DNA of 64,000 bases from a virus (lineage: Duplodnaviria > Caudoviricetes): positions 1 through 64,000 of IMG/VR virus record IMGVR_UViG_3300035502_000485, one strand, 5' to 3'. Positions within the stretch are counted from its first letter, which is position 1, and every line of letters begins with the position of its first letter. The position numbers and the translations under genes were made by a program. The notes under the pieces were generated by a model that did not search any database, was not told the DNA's origin, and saw only the letters and a list, made by a program, of their open reading frames with translations. Positions 9,744 to 18,987 of the stretch are shown one piece after another.

Positions 9744-10124
9744 ATGACAGTATCGGAAGCTATAAGACGAATTCAAGAACACAAACAATTGTATACTATT
9801 TCAAGTAAAAACCGACATGGTGTAGAACCTGTAATGCTTAACCATGCTTTAGATATGGCAATTGATGCATTAAAATCAACCCAAAAGGATGATAGTTTAG
9901 ATCAGGATAAGTATGAATTTTCTACTTACTTTGAATTAATTCAAAATAGAGATATAAACTTCTTAAGTGAATTTATACTAAGTATGATATTAACTTGTTC
10001 CTACAACCAAACTGATGTAGAACAATTAAATAATGCTCAAATTAATTTATTGCTTCGTAACATAAATGTATTGTTATCTAGCAGACCGACACCCGATGAC
10101 TTAGCACACAGCATCGAACATTAA
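9744..10124 (+). CDS. Hypothetical protein
   Basis: EAIRRI...ALDMAIDAL motif; GAGG RBS. Confidence 0.65.
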   Translation: MTVSEAIRRIQEHKQLYTISSKNRHGVEPVMLNHALDMAIDALKSTQKDDSLDQDKYEFSTYFELIQNRDINFLSEFILSMILTCSYNQTDVEQLNNAQINLLLRNINVLLSSRPTPDDLAHSIEH

Positions 10125-10191
10125 ATACCTGAATACAACCTTTAATATTAATGAATGTAATGACTAAGAAATAAGGTAGGATGTTGATTTT

Positions 10192-10863
10192 ATGAAACTT
10201 ACATCATATATGAAAAGGGATACTATATCAAATAATTCAAGTTCATTTAGAAATGAATTCATAGATATGATGAATTTTTTAGGATTTACAAAATGTGAAA
10301 ATGATTTATTTTCTGGTCAAGATGCATATGAATTTAAAGCAACACTATATAATAAATGTAAAATACACATTACAGTTGTTTATTCTAATATTGAAAATAC
10401 TATATTTGTTATGACTTCTGATAGTACTAAAGTTAATGAATACACATCAATTGATAAATGTTATGATGCAATAATCAATTATTTTGATTCATTCCAATAT
10501 CAAATAATTGAAAATTGTGTATTATTAGATACTCAATATCGACAAAATGTAATTCAAGCAGCAATCAATACTCGTGATGCTGCTAAAAATATGGTAAGAG
10601 TGAAGTCATCTAATGTATGGTCTTATGGAATCAATGTTCGTAAACATGGAGATAATATAGGAGATGTACTTTGTCAGTTTAAAGGTACTAATGGAGGCCC
10701 AGGAGATTTATATATCTATTATGATGTTCCAATACGTGTTTATAAAAGATGGGTATCTGCACCTTCGAAAGGCCATTATTTTTGGCAGTATATTAGAAAT
10801 AATTATAAGTATTCAAAATTGACTGGAAATAAGAAAGGTGTATTACCTAATGCAATCAACTAA
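10192..10863 (+). CDS. KTSC-domain protein with N-terminal extension
   Basis: C-terminal VKSSNVWSYG...YIYYDVP...APSKGHYFWQYIRNNY; late motif at 10137; VIQAA immediately before the KTSC domain. Confidence 0.8.
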   Translation: MKLTSYMKRDTISNNSSSFRNEFIDMMNFLGFTKCENDLFSGQDAYEFKATLYNKCKIHITVVYSNIENTIFVMTSDSTKVNEYTSIDKCYDAIINYFDSFQYQIIENCVLLDTQYRQNVIQAAINTRDAAKNMVRVKSSNVWSYGINVRKHGDNIGDVLCQFKGTNGGPGDLYIYYDVPIRVYKRWVSAPSKGHYFWQYIRNNYKYSKLTGNKKGVLPNAIN

Positions 10864-10865
10864 AT

Positions 10866-10915
10866 ATTAATAAACTATTAATAAAGTTGAATTTCATATG
10901 AGTTTCAAATATAAT
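10866..10915 (+). promoter_or_regulatory. SigmaA-type early promoter with upstream ATTAATAAACTATTAAT box
   Basis: Box 10866-10882; TTGAAT 10887-10892, 17 nt, TATAAT 10910-10915. Confidence 0.8.
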
Positions 10916-10947
10916 ATAATTATCACATATAACGGAGGAATTATATT

Positions 10948-11298
10948 ATGCCAAATCAACTCTATACATTCAATAAAATCATTCGCATTAAAGTCATTCC
11001 TAAATTATTATCAAAATATGGTGAAAAATTAGATTTCTATCAACAATCTAATTTTTATAGGATTAATATCAACATCAATCCAAATTTGGATTATTGGATT
11101 GGAGTAGATATTACAGAATATAACAATTTAAACTCTAAGTTTGATACATCTATAGCTATATACACTATTAGTAAACATACAGGAGCAATAGAAAATTTTC
11201 AAGAATCACATAAATTCATATCCAATTCAGCCATTAAAACATCTGAATTTATACTTACATATATTGAAAATTATATTAAATTAATTACTAAGGAGTAA
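10948..11298 (+). CDS. Hypothetical early protein
   Basis: GGAGG RBS, downstream of sigmaA promoter. Confidence 0.7.
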   Translation: MPNQLYTFNKIIRIKVIPKLLSKYGEKLDFYQQSNFYRINININPNLDYWIGVDITEYNNLNSKFDTSIAIYTISKHTGAIENFQESHKFISNSAIKTSEFILTYIENYIKLITKE

Positions 11299-11305
11299 AA
11301 TAAAT

Positions 11306-12139
11306 ATGAAAAAGGTAATCAAAGCTAATACATCTAAATATCAACCAACTGGTAAACATAATATAATTTCTGAAGATTTCCAATATATCTTAAATGAATA
11401 TATTATTCCTGACCTTAAGAAGTGGTATGGTTCTAATAATGTAGTATATTATGATCTTGGTGGCATATACATTAAATGGTCAAATGAATCTAAATCTATT
11501 ATCAAGATTCAAGAAATTGAAGATGCTGGAGCAAATTATGTATTTTATATTTCATTAGATGGAAATATAAAAGATATATATTCAACTGACAGCAGTGAAC
11601 GAGCTCAGATGTATATTGAAGAAACTATTGAAAATTATATCAACAGTAAATGTGATGAATCTATCAATAGTTCTACAGATATAACTGCATCAACTAAATC
11701 AGGCACCACCTTCTACAAAATTACATTAGATCAAGTATTAGATTACTTAAAAAATAATGATGCTAATATTTGGATGATTAAGTCATTTGAAGAGCGTGGA
11801 TTTGATTGTTTAGATATGAAACATGGATTTTGGGGTAGTAAATTAGATGACGATTCAGATGGTGGTATAGATAATGTATTATATCTATGTGTAACTGTAG
11901 GATATGATATTGAAGTTGATGGTAAATTAATTGATCCAGAATCTGCGTTTGATAACTATGATGTAGAACAATTATCAGAATATATTGAAGATGCAGATGA
12001 CAGCATTTTAAAAAGATATATTACTGAAGATGATATTGAAACTCCATGGTTAGATGATTGGGCACCTGATTTGATACAAGATGGTAATTCATTTGCTGAA
12101 TTAGCTACTGCTGCTAAAGATTGGATTGACATTGATTAA
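11306..12139 (+). CDS. Acidic two-domain protein with MKKVIKAN leader (leader family)
   Basis: Basic leader; internal SINSSTDITAST linker; AAGGAG RBS. Confidence 0.7.
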   Translation: MKKVIKANTSKYQPTGKHNIISEDFQYILNEYIIPDLKKWYGSNNVVYYDLGGIYIKWSNESKSIIKIQEIEDAGANYVFYISLDGNIKDIYSTDSSERAQMYIEETIENYINSKCDESINSSTDITASTKSGTTFYKITLDQVLDYLKNNDANIWMIKSFEERGFDCLDMKHGFWGSKLDDDSDGGIDNVLYLCVTVGYDIEVDGKLIDPESAFDNYDVEQLSEYIEDADDSILKRYITEDDIETPWLDDWAPDLIQDGNSFAELATAAKDWIDID

Positions 12140-12156
12140 TAATTAGGAGATTCACT

Positions 12157-12606
12157 ATGAAATATTTATTCCTAGATGTAGACGGTGTTTTAAATTCTAT
12201 ATGTGATTGTCCTAATCCTTCAGATTTTAAATCTGAATTATCTGAACGGTGCATATTATTAGTTAAACAAATTATAGATGCGACTAAGTGTCATGTAGTT
12301 ATATCTTCTAGTTGGAGATTAATTCCTTCGCACGATAATTACATACGACAACAATTAGCTGGATATGGTATTCAGGCTCACGACGAAACTCCTCATTCTT
12401 TAAAGTATGAAACTCGTGGTCAAGAAATAAAAGCATATCTACAGCCTAAATTTAAGTCAGGTATAGTAGAATCATTTGTTATATTAGATGATGAAAATGA
12501 TATGGATGAATATACAGAAACTAATTTAGTACAGACATCGTATGTTACTGGAATTCAGCAATATCATGTTAATAAAGCAATTGAAATATTAAACAATACT
12601 AAATGA
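12157..12606 (+). CDS. HAD-superfamily hydrolase (Swiss-army-knife RNA-repair-like HAD)
   Basis: LFLDVDGVLN, VISSSWR, RGQEI, FVILDD. Confidence 0.85.
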   Translation: MKYLFLDVDGVLNSICDCPNPSDFKSELSERCILLVKQIIDATKCHVVISSSWRLIPSHDNYIRQQLAGYGIQAHDETPHSLKYETRGQEIKAYLQPKFKSGIVESFVILDDENDMDEYTETNLVQTSYVTGIQQYHVNKAIEILNNTK

Positions 12607-12613
12607 ATAAACT

Positions 12614-12664
12614 AATTAAAAAGCTATATGATAATTCAATAGATTATCATATAGCTTTTTAATT
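12614..12664. terminator. Bidirectional intrinsic terminator
   Basis: Perfect 22-bp inverted repeat aattaaaaagctatatgataat / attatcatatagctttttaatt with 7-nt loop. Confidence 0.8.
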
Positions 12665-12787
12665 TATGATACATATATTATTTTGATAAAATTTAGAAAT
12701 GCAGTTGAAATTTAAAATATAGATTATTTGATGAATCGTTATAACATTGTGTACTCAACTACATTAATTTTTTAAGGAGGTATACAT

Positions 12788-13765
12788 ATGAGTGCAATAA
12801 TTGATTCATTGATAAATATACCCACAACTCCTTGGGCAGGCTTAGGTACAACATACGAAAATGTACCAAAAAGTTCTCAAGAAATAATTGAAGGTGCTAA
12901 ATTAAATTGGGATGTAGGTGCTACTAGGATGTTTACATCATTACACGAAAGAGTGCGAGACTATCATGCAATTTATCGTGAAGACAATAATGATGTGTTA
13001 GGTGTAGTTAATATTGCTAATCCTAGAATTGTTCAAAATACAGACACATTTAATGCATTAACAAAACTCATTCAGAGTGATGAAATTACAATTGATACTG
13101 CTTCCAGTTTAGGTTTGGGTGAAAAAGTTTTTGGTACTTTTAAAATCAATGAAAAATACAAAGTATTTGATGATGAAATTGAACATTATCTTGTAGTATT
13201 CAACGACCATCTTAAACCAGACGGCAAAGTTACAATTTTAAATACACCAATTAGAGTTGTATGTCAAAATACTTTGAGTGCAGCATTAAGCAGTAATTGC
13301 TTAAAATATAGAATATCATGCCCAACAGAATCTGTTTTACATGATTCACTTGCTAAAAATATATTAGAAGCTACACAACGAAGTAAATTTGCTTTAACTA
13401 ATAAAGCTGAAATATTACTACAAAGAAAAGTATCAAGAGATGATATTGAAATCATCTTAGATGAGCTCTTCCCATATATTAAAACAAATGATGGATCATC
13501 TCATCAAAAAGCAAATGATACAACAGCAATGATTCGTGATACATTCGTTGAAAAATGTCTTTATGCTGATAACCTCGCTAATTATGATGGTACACAGTAT
13601 CAAGTGTTCAATGCACTTACAGATTTTACTGGACATTATTATAAGAATGCTGAATATGGTCTTGATATTGATAAAAGAATGAATTTGCTTCCAGGTATGG
13701 GTGGTGAATCCCAAGCTTCGCTTGTTACTAAATTTCTTAAGATGTCAGATAAGCTTGCTGCTTAA
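12788..13765 (+). CDS. DUF932-family phage protein
   Basis: PWAGLG...LNWDV...VQN.DTF...TPIRVVCQNTL...FNALTDF; middle motif at 12734. Confidence 0.85.
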   Translation: MSAIIDSLINIPTTPWAGLGTTYENVPKSSQEIIEGAKLNWDVGATRMFTSLHERVRDYHAIYREDNNDVLGVVNIANPRIVQNTDTFNALTKLIQSDEITIDTASSLGLGEKVFGTFKINEKYKVFDDEIEHYLVVFNDHLKPDGKVTILNTPIRVVCQNTLSAALSSNCLKYRISCPTESVLHDSLAKNILEATQRSKFALTNKAEILLQRKVSRDDIEIILDELFPYIKTNDGSSHQKANDTTAMIRDTFVEKCLYADNLANYDGTQYQVFNALTDFTGHYYKNAEYGLDIDKRMNLLPGMGGESQASLVTKFLKMSDKLAA

Positions 13766-13864
13766 TTTAACAGTAGTTAATATTATAACTATCAAATGAT
13801 ATATTCCATATTTAAAACCTTCAAATTCACACGCTCACAAGGCGATGATTATAAATAAACATAA

Positions 13865-13908
13865 ATAAAACACCTTATTTCATTTAATATGCTGATAAGG
13901 TGTTTTAT
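13865..13908. terminator. Bidirectional terminator between convergent genes
   Basis: ataaaacaccttat ... ataaggtgttttat inverted repeat. Confidence 0.7.
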
Positions 13909-13919
13909 TATGTTGATTA

Positions 13920-15077
13920 TTACATTGCTTCTGTATTATCTAAATTAGTATGTAATTTTTTATATAACTTATCTAATGCTAATGGCATCATTTGTTTTAA
14001 ATACTCTACAGGTAATTTTATAGGATCTAAATCTGAAATTTCTTCTAAATCTTTATCCGATAATGTTGATTCTCGAAGTATCATTTCATACATTAATAGA
14101 TCTACTACATTTTCAAATTTACTATCTAAATAATCAACTTCATTATAAATTTTTTTAGGGGCTGGCATATATAGCTCTTGCTCAGATAAATCTGCCCAAT
14201 ACACTGCACCAAATATAGCTTTTAAACTATTTAATTTATCAATAGGTAAATCTACTTTACTTAAATCTTCATATCTAACTTGTGCCCAATGCTTACCTAG
14301 TTGTTTTCCAGCTTCTATACATAATGCACGACGAAGTGAATACTTAACTTCATTTAATTCTCTTTCAATCATCTCACCTATTCTAGGTTTAAAAAATACA
14401 CCAAATGACAAATCTTGCCTATATCCTTTATGTGTATTATCACCCTTCCATTTGAACCACCACCAACATTCACAAAAATGAGTTAATGCACTTTGCAATT
14501 TATCTTCATATATAACCGTTGTATTATTTATAAATGTATGTGATGCAATATATCCAAAAAATGTATAATTAAGTTGAATTATTTGATCTCTTATGCTTAT
14601 AAAACACATTCTTAGATGTTTAGGCGATTGAGGTAATATATCATATAATTCCTGAGTTATAATTTTTGTTGAATATTCTTTTGATTTCTTGATAGATTTT
14701 AATTCATCTTGACGATTCATAACATAATGTTGAACAGAATAATCTTTACCCATGTATTCAATTAATTTATTCCATTTTGTTACTGTAATCTGTGATGTAC
14801 TCAATTTTTCTTCGATTTCTTTGAGTTTTTGAGGATCATGTTTAAATTCAGACTGTATATCTATATCTTTATATTTATGTAATAATTTAATATCATTATC
14901 TATGTTTAATGCAGTTAAATCTATATCTAACTGTTTACACTTATCTAAGGCTCGTTGAGTTAATTTTTCTTGAATTAGTATTAACTTATCTCCTTGATTT
15001 TGATATTCCATAAATTTATTACCCCTAAAATCTACATAAACTAATTCATAATACATTATGTAGAAAATTTTATACAA
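13920..15077 (-). CDS. Divergent phage sigma-70-like factor
   Basis: RDQIIQLNYTFFGYIASH...YEDKLQSALTHFCECWWWF...FGVFFKPRIGEMIERELN parallels sigma region 2; true start may be the ATG at 15011. Confidence 0.6.
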   Translation of the reverse strand: MYKIFYIMYYELVYVDFRGNKFMEYQNQGDKLILIQEKLTQRALDKCKQLDIDLTALNIDNDIKLLHKYKDIDIQSEFKHDPQKLKEIEEKLSTSQITVTKWNKLIEYMGKDYSVQHYVMNRQDELKSIKKSKEYSTKIITQELYDILPQSPKHLRMCFISIRDQIIQLNYTFFGYIASHTFINNTTVIYEDKLQSALTHFCECWWWFKWKGDNTHKGYRQDLSFGVFFKPRIGEMIERELNEVKYSLRRALCIEAGKQLGKHWAQVRYEDLSKVDLPIDKLNSLKAIFGAVYWADLSEQELYMPAPKKIYNEVDYLDSKFENVVDLLMYEMILRESTLSDKDLEEISDLDPIKLPVEYLKQMMPLALDKLYKKLHTNLDNTEAM

Positions 15078-15603
15078 ATCTAAATGTAAGACCCTTAACT
15101 GTTTTACCTAAATATGCAGAATTACTTACGCTTTCATATCCAATTCCTGTATATATTGAAGCTTGCTTCATATTATCAAATATTTGACCTGTTTCTAAAC
15201 ATTCAACAGGTTTTCCTTTATATCTTGGTGGTATTAATTTACCTTGTTTTATAGCTTCAATCATTATGTCACTTCTTGAACACCATTTTAAATTTTCAAC
15301 ACAATTATTAGTTCTATCTCCGTCAATATGAATAACGCATTGTTTATCTTCAGGATTATCTATAAAAATTTCAGCTACTAATCTATGTATAAGATATTGT
15401 TTACTATTGTATTTAGAATCATTAGATAATGAAACTGCTAAATATCCATCATTTATATGTGGAATAACTAATGTATCAGGTGTATCAAAATTTCCTAATA
15501 TATTATGTTCAATAGTTCTACTTAATTTCTTGATATTTCCTTTATTTGATATTTGATAATATCCTTCAAATCCTGGAATATCTTTCCATTTTTCAACTAA
15601 CAA
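15070..15603 (-). CDS. NUMOD4-HNH homing-endonuclease-like protein (last catalytic N/H appears missing)
   Basis: EKWKDIPGFEGYYQISNKG (NUMOD4); IHRLVA...HIDGDRTNN; C-terminal NUMOD1-like HTH. Confidence 0.85.
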   Translation of the reverse strand: MLVEKWKDIPGFEGYYQISNKGNIKKLSRTIEHNILGNFDTPDTLVIPHINDGYLAVSLSNDSKYNSKQYLIHRLVAEIFIDNPEDKQCVIHIDGDRTNNCVENLKWCSRSDIMIEAIKQGKLIPPRYKGKPVECLETGQIFDNMKQASIYTGIGYESVSNSAYLGKTVKGLTFRFV

Positions 15604-15636
15604 TCCAAATATCTCCTTAATATATGTTACATATTA

Positions 15637-15665
15637 ATTATAATATATAAATCATAAGAAGTCAA
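15637..15665 (-). promoter_or_regulatory. SigmaA promoter driving the HNH + sigma-like operon
   Basis: Minus strand TTGACT (15665-15660), 17 nt, TATAAT (15642-15637). Confidence 0.85.
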
Positions 15666-15701
15666 TAAAAATTTCAAAATTTACTAAAATTTATTTTACA
15701 A

Positions 15702-15780
15702 TTTTGGTAAAAATTGGTGTTTTTAACTTTTGGTAGAAATTGTACTTTTTAACTTTTGGTAGAAAATGGTGAATTTTAAC
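15702..15780. repeat. Three tandem 26-27 bp iteron-like repeats
   Basis: ttttggtaaaaattggtgtttttaac / ttttggtagaaattgtactttttaac / ttttggtagaaaatggtgaattttaac. Confidence 0.85.
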
Positions 15781-15890
15781 CAACAAAACCACCAAAAACG
15801 CCACTTTTGTACCACATTATATATAATATATATAATAAATATAATAATATATAATAAATATAAAATAAATAATTATAATTATTATAATCA
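15702..15890. other. Candidate replication origin
   Basis: Iterons followed by a ~70-nt pure A/T tract (15816-15888), in the divergent intergenic region before the replication module. Confidence 0.55.
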
Positions 15891-15999
15891 TCATTATGTT
15901 TTTGAATTTGATAGTATACCATTTATGTTACTAAATCGTTAAAGTATGTTGAGGGCAACTTATTTCTCAATTAAACCTGAATTTTATATAAATTTATAC

Positions 16000-16028
16000 T
16001 TGACTTCACAGTATGTAGGGCTTATAAT
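16000..16028 (+). promoter_or_regulatory. SigmaA promoter for the replication operon
   Basis: TTGACT 16000-16005, 17 nt, TATAAT 16023-16028. Confidence 0.85.
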
Positions 16029-16060
16029 ATAACTACATTAATAAATAAGTAGATACAAAA

Positions 16061-16190
16061 ATCGTTGATGCAGGTGATGATTTATGTATCGTCAAGTGAA
16101 CAGGGCCTGCAAACCTAATCACACCTTATTCAGATTGGTTTAGATAAATTTGATTAAGGGACGATATATAAATCATCACCTGCATTTGAT
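16061..16190 (+). ncRNA. Structured RNA / 5' leader with 26-bp closing stem
   Basis: 16068-16093 pairs with 16160-16185, the only mismatch being a G-U pair; inner aaacctaatc/gattggttt helix. Confidence 0.55.
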
Positions 16191-16227
16191 TTTGATATTC
16201 ATATAATTTAGAAAGGGGCTTATCTGT

Positions 16228-17142
16228 ATGGATTTGAATGGTGCTGAAAAATCCGTTCAAAAATTACTCATATATTTACAATCTGTAGCAGATTCTGATT
16301 CTAGATTATATGATAAATCAAAACAAAAATTGAAGGGTATATCAGATATGTGTGTTGAAGTAGTTAAAACTGTATCTGACATACTCCAAACTGAGATGTT
16401 GAAAGATAATGATATTCAAGAATTTGAAAACTCTCCAGATAAAGAGTTACAATCTCAAGTTAAGATATTAAGTGATGAAGTTGATAAAATTAAAACATTT
16501 GTTCAAGTTGATAACACTCCTACTACAAATATAGAGACATTAAGTTGGACTGATGAAAATAACAATATGAAAATGACAACATCAGAAATGCGAAAAGTAG
16601 TATCAACTTATAGAACTTGTCTTTATCAATTAGCAAGATTCAACTCAAATATTAAAGTAGTAAATGATTGTTTTTCTATTATATGGAAATGGTTTGAAGC
16701 AAGAATTTTAACTAAACATGAAAATGCTCCACCATTTCATTATAATGTATATAGATTTAAAGGCATTATTTATGCTACAGTAATTTTATTAGGTTATTAT
16801 ATTGAACATAATGATTATGATGGATTTTTTGATATGTTCAATAATTGGATACATACACTTAATTTATCAGAAAGTAGTAATAAATGGATAGCTCCATATC
16901 AAATTTATCAATTAGAACGTGAATTAACTTATGAATATGCGAATCTAACATCTGTAGTTATTTGGGACCTATTACTTGATAATGGTTTAATGCAATTATG
17001 TAATTTAGAGAGTAAATATGATGTTTATCTACATAAGAATAAATTATGGGATATGATTGAACAACTAAATCCCAATATATTAGATAATTACATAAACTAC
17101 AAAGATGATCCAACAATCTTAAGTAAATTAAATATATTATAA
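16228..17142 (+). CDS. Hypothetical protein, first gene of replication operon (initiator candidate by position only)
   Basis: 304-aa ORF, AGAAAGGGG RBS. Confidence 0.6.
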   Translation: MDLNGAEKSVQKLLIYLQSVADSDSRLYDKSKQKLKGISDMCVEVVKTVSDILQTEMLKDNDIQEFENSPDKELQSQVKILSDEVDKIKTFVQVDNTPTTNIETLSWTDENNNMKMTTSEMRKVVSTYRTCLYQLARFNSNIKVVNDCFSIIWKWFEARILTKHENAPPFHYNVYRFKGIIYATVILLGYYIEHNDYDGFFDMFNNWIHTLNLSESSNKWIAPYQIYQLERELTYEYANLTSVVIWDLLLDNGLMQLCNLESKYDVYLHKNKLWDMIEQLNPNILDNYINYKDDPTILSKLNIL

Positions 17143-17170
17143 TGTATAATAGAAAGGAGATAATATGTAA

Positions 17171-18385
17171 ATGATAAAATTTACTCAGTTAACTGAAAAA
17201 TTAAAATACCCTCCAAATTGTAAGGCAACTTTATCTACATTACATTCAGAGATTATAACATATGTAGTTAATAATTTTCAAAATACTAATAGATATAAAT
17301 CAAAAGTAGTTGGAATCTTAAATACAATTTCATATTATATTGTGTTTAATAATTCATTACCTACAGATTGGTGTGCATCTAATCCTTTTGAAAATATTGA
17401 ATTTATTGATTCAACTGTGTGTGAAACTGAATTAGGTAAATTATTTTTACACGTACGAGAAATATCTTGGGATGTAGAAGAAACTATAAAAACACCTATT
17501 ATCAATAATGATGTTAATGTTGTACAATCTAGAAACCAACCTATATCTAAGATTGAAGCACAAATTGATGAATCTGTAAGTGAAACTATTAAATCAATTT
17601 CATCACCCGTATCTGAAGATAAATTAAATTTTTGGAATGCTATTGATGTAGATGTAAATGTTAAACCTACACCTAAAGATCATTTATATATTAAACCTCC
17701 TAGTATTCCTCAATTTGATAATAAAAATCCTTGGATGCAACAAATAATCAATAATACAATATATACAATATATAAATCGTTACCTGAAATACCTTTAAAT
17801 CAAAGCCAGATATCGGTTACCACTGATGTAAACAGAATGACAACTTCTGATTTCTTAAAGTTATATCCAAATTGTTTTATTCATACTCGTTCAACTACAA
17901 TGTATGAGGAACACGATGGATTAACACTTGATCCAGATGTAGGAATTATTTTACCTATTACAGGATTTAGTCCTAAACAAATTAAAGATAACATAATAAA
18001 ATATCCTCATTTATTTAAGTTACTACGAAATGTTGATGGTAAAATCGTTAGTTTTTATTCTAACATAGAAATAGATGGTGAATTATACAAAACACTTGAT
18101 ATTTGGGACACATTACCGGATAGTAAGAAAATGCCAAGAAATGCAGAATTCATAAAAGAATATGTTGTAAGACGATATTTGCTTGAACGAGATATAAAAC
18201 ATATAAAACATAATTATCCAATGTTTGGAACATTAGAACCATTTTTAACATTATTTACAATCCCAGATGAATATATTCGTTTAGGATATAAAGATGTTGT
18301 TGGACAAGCTAAACAATGTGTAAAAGCTCGTGTGAGTTACAAACGATCAAGAAATCCAATAATGAGGATGGTGGATAGTAAGTAA
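17171..18385 (+). CDS. Hypothetical replication-module protein
   Basis: 404-aa ORF, AGAAAGGAG RBS, coupled to loader-like gene. Confidence 0.6.
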   Translation: MIKFTQLTEKLKYPPNCKATLSTLHSEIITYVVNNFQNTNRYKSKVVGILNTISYYIVFNNSLPTDWCASNPFENIEFIDSTVCETELGKLFLHVREISWDVEETIKTPIINNDVNVVQSRNQPISKIEAQIDESVSETIKSISSPVSEDKLNFWNAIDVDVNVKPTPKDHLYIKPPSIPQFDNKNPWMQQIINNTIYTIYKSLPEIPLNQSQISVTTDVNRMTTSDFLKLYPNCFIHTRSTTMYEEHDGLTLDPDVGIILPITGFSPKQIKDNIIKYPHLFKLLRNVDGKIVSFYSNIEIDGELYKTLDIWDTLPDSKKMPRNAEFIKEYVVRRYLLERDIKHIKHNYPMFGTLEPFLTLFTIPDEYIRLGYKDVVGQAKQCVKARVSYKRSRNPIMRMVDSK

Positions 18386-18987
18386 TGAAAGAATGTATAT
18401 TCACAGCACATTGCACAGAACCTGTGTGTGATAAATCGTGTCCTATTTTAGCTGAAACTTCTTATCTACTTGAAAGAAATAATATTTCAATGGACAGTCA
18501 AGTTTTCAATGTACCTGAAAAAGATTTGAATTCTGCAGTTTCAGCAATAAGTAAAATAGAAATTTCAAATAATAAATTAGGTGTAATTATATCTAATGAT
18601 ACAATTAATACTGCTAATTTATTGACATACTGTGCAATTTGTCAAAATTGGAAAGGTAATAGATTACATTGTAATGTATATAATCTAAAATTTTCTAATC
18701 ATGTAGAAGCAATTCAACGAAGTTGGTCAAGTAAATCTAATTCAGATTCATTAGAATATGAACAAATTTGGGCTACTACATCAAAGATATTAATCATTTC
18801 TAATATAGATTTTGTACAATTCAAAGATTTTCAAGCTCAAACAATGCTAAATCTAATACATTCTAGAATTGATAATAATTTAACTACTATTGTAGTAACT
18901 CCAAAATTACAATCACTTGTAGGTACAGGTCAATTTTTTAATCATATGCAATCCATATTAGGGAAGGCGGTGATTAAATGGCAGTAA
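18385..18987 (+). CDS. DnaC/IstB-like helicase loader with degenerate ATPase motifs
   Basis: N-terminal Cys/His cluster; ILIISNID at Walker B position; LIHSRIDNNLTTIVVT matches DnaC-like C-terminal motif; directly upstream of helicase. Confidence 0.6.
   Translation: MKECIFTAHCTEPVCDKSCPILAETSYLLERNNISMDSQVFNVPEKDLNSAVSAISKIEISNNKLGVIISNDTINTANLLTYCAICQNWKGNRLHCNVYNLKFSNHVEAIQRSWSSKSNSDSLEYEQIWATTSKILIISNIDFVQFKDFQAQTMLNLIHSRIDNNLTTIVVTPKLQSLVGTGQFFNHMQSILGKAVIKWQ

Noticed and set aside
15702-15780. CRISPR array
   Set aside because: Repeats are directly tandem with no spacers; better explained as iterons
16085-16150. tRNA-Cys gene
   Set aside because: CTGCAAA loop present but no acceptor stem or canonical T-loop; kept only as part of the structured RNA finding
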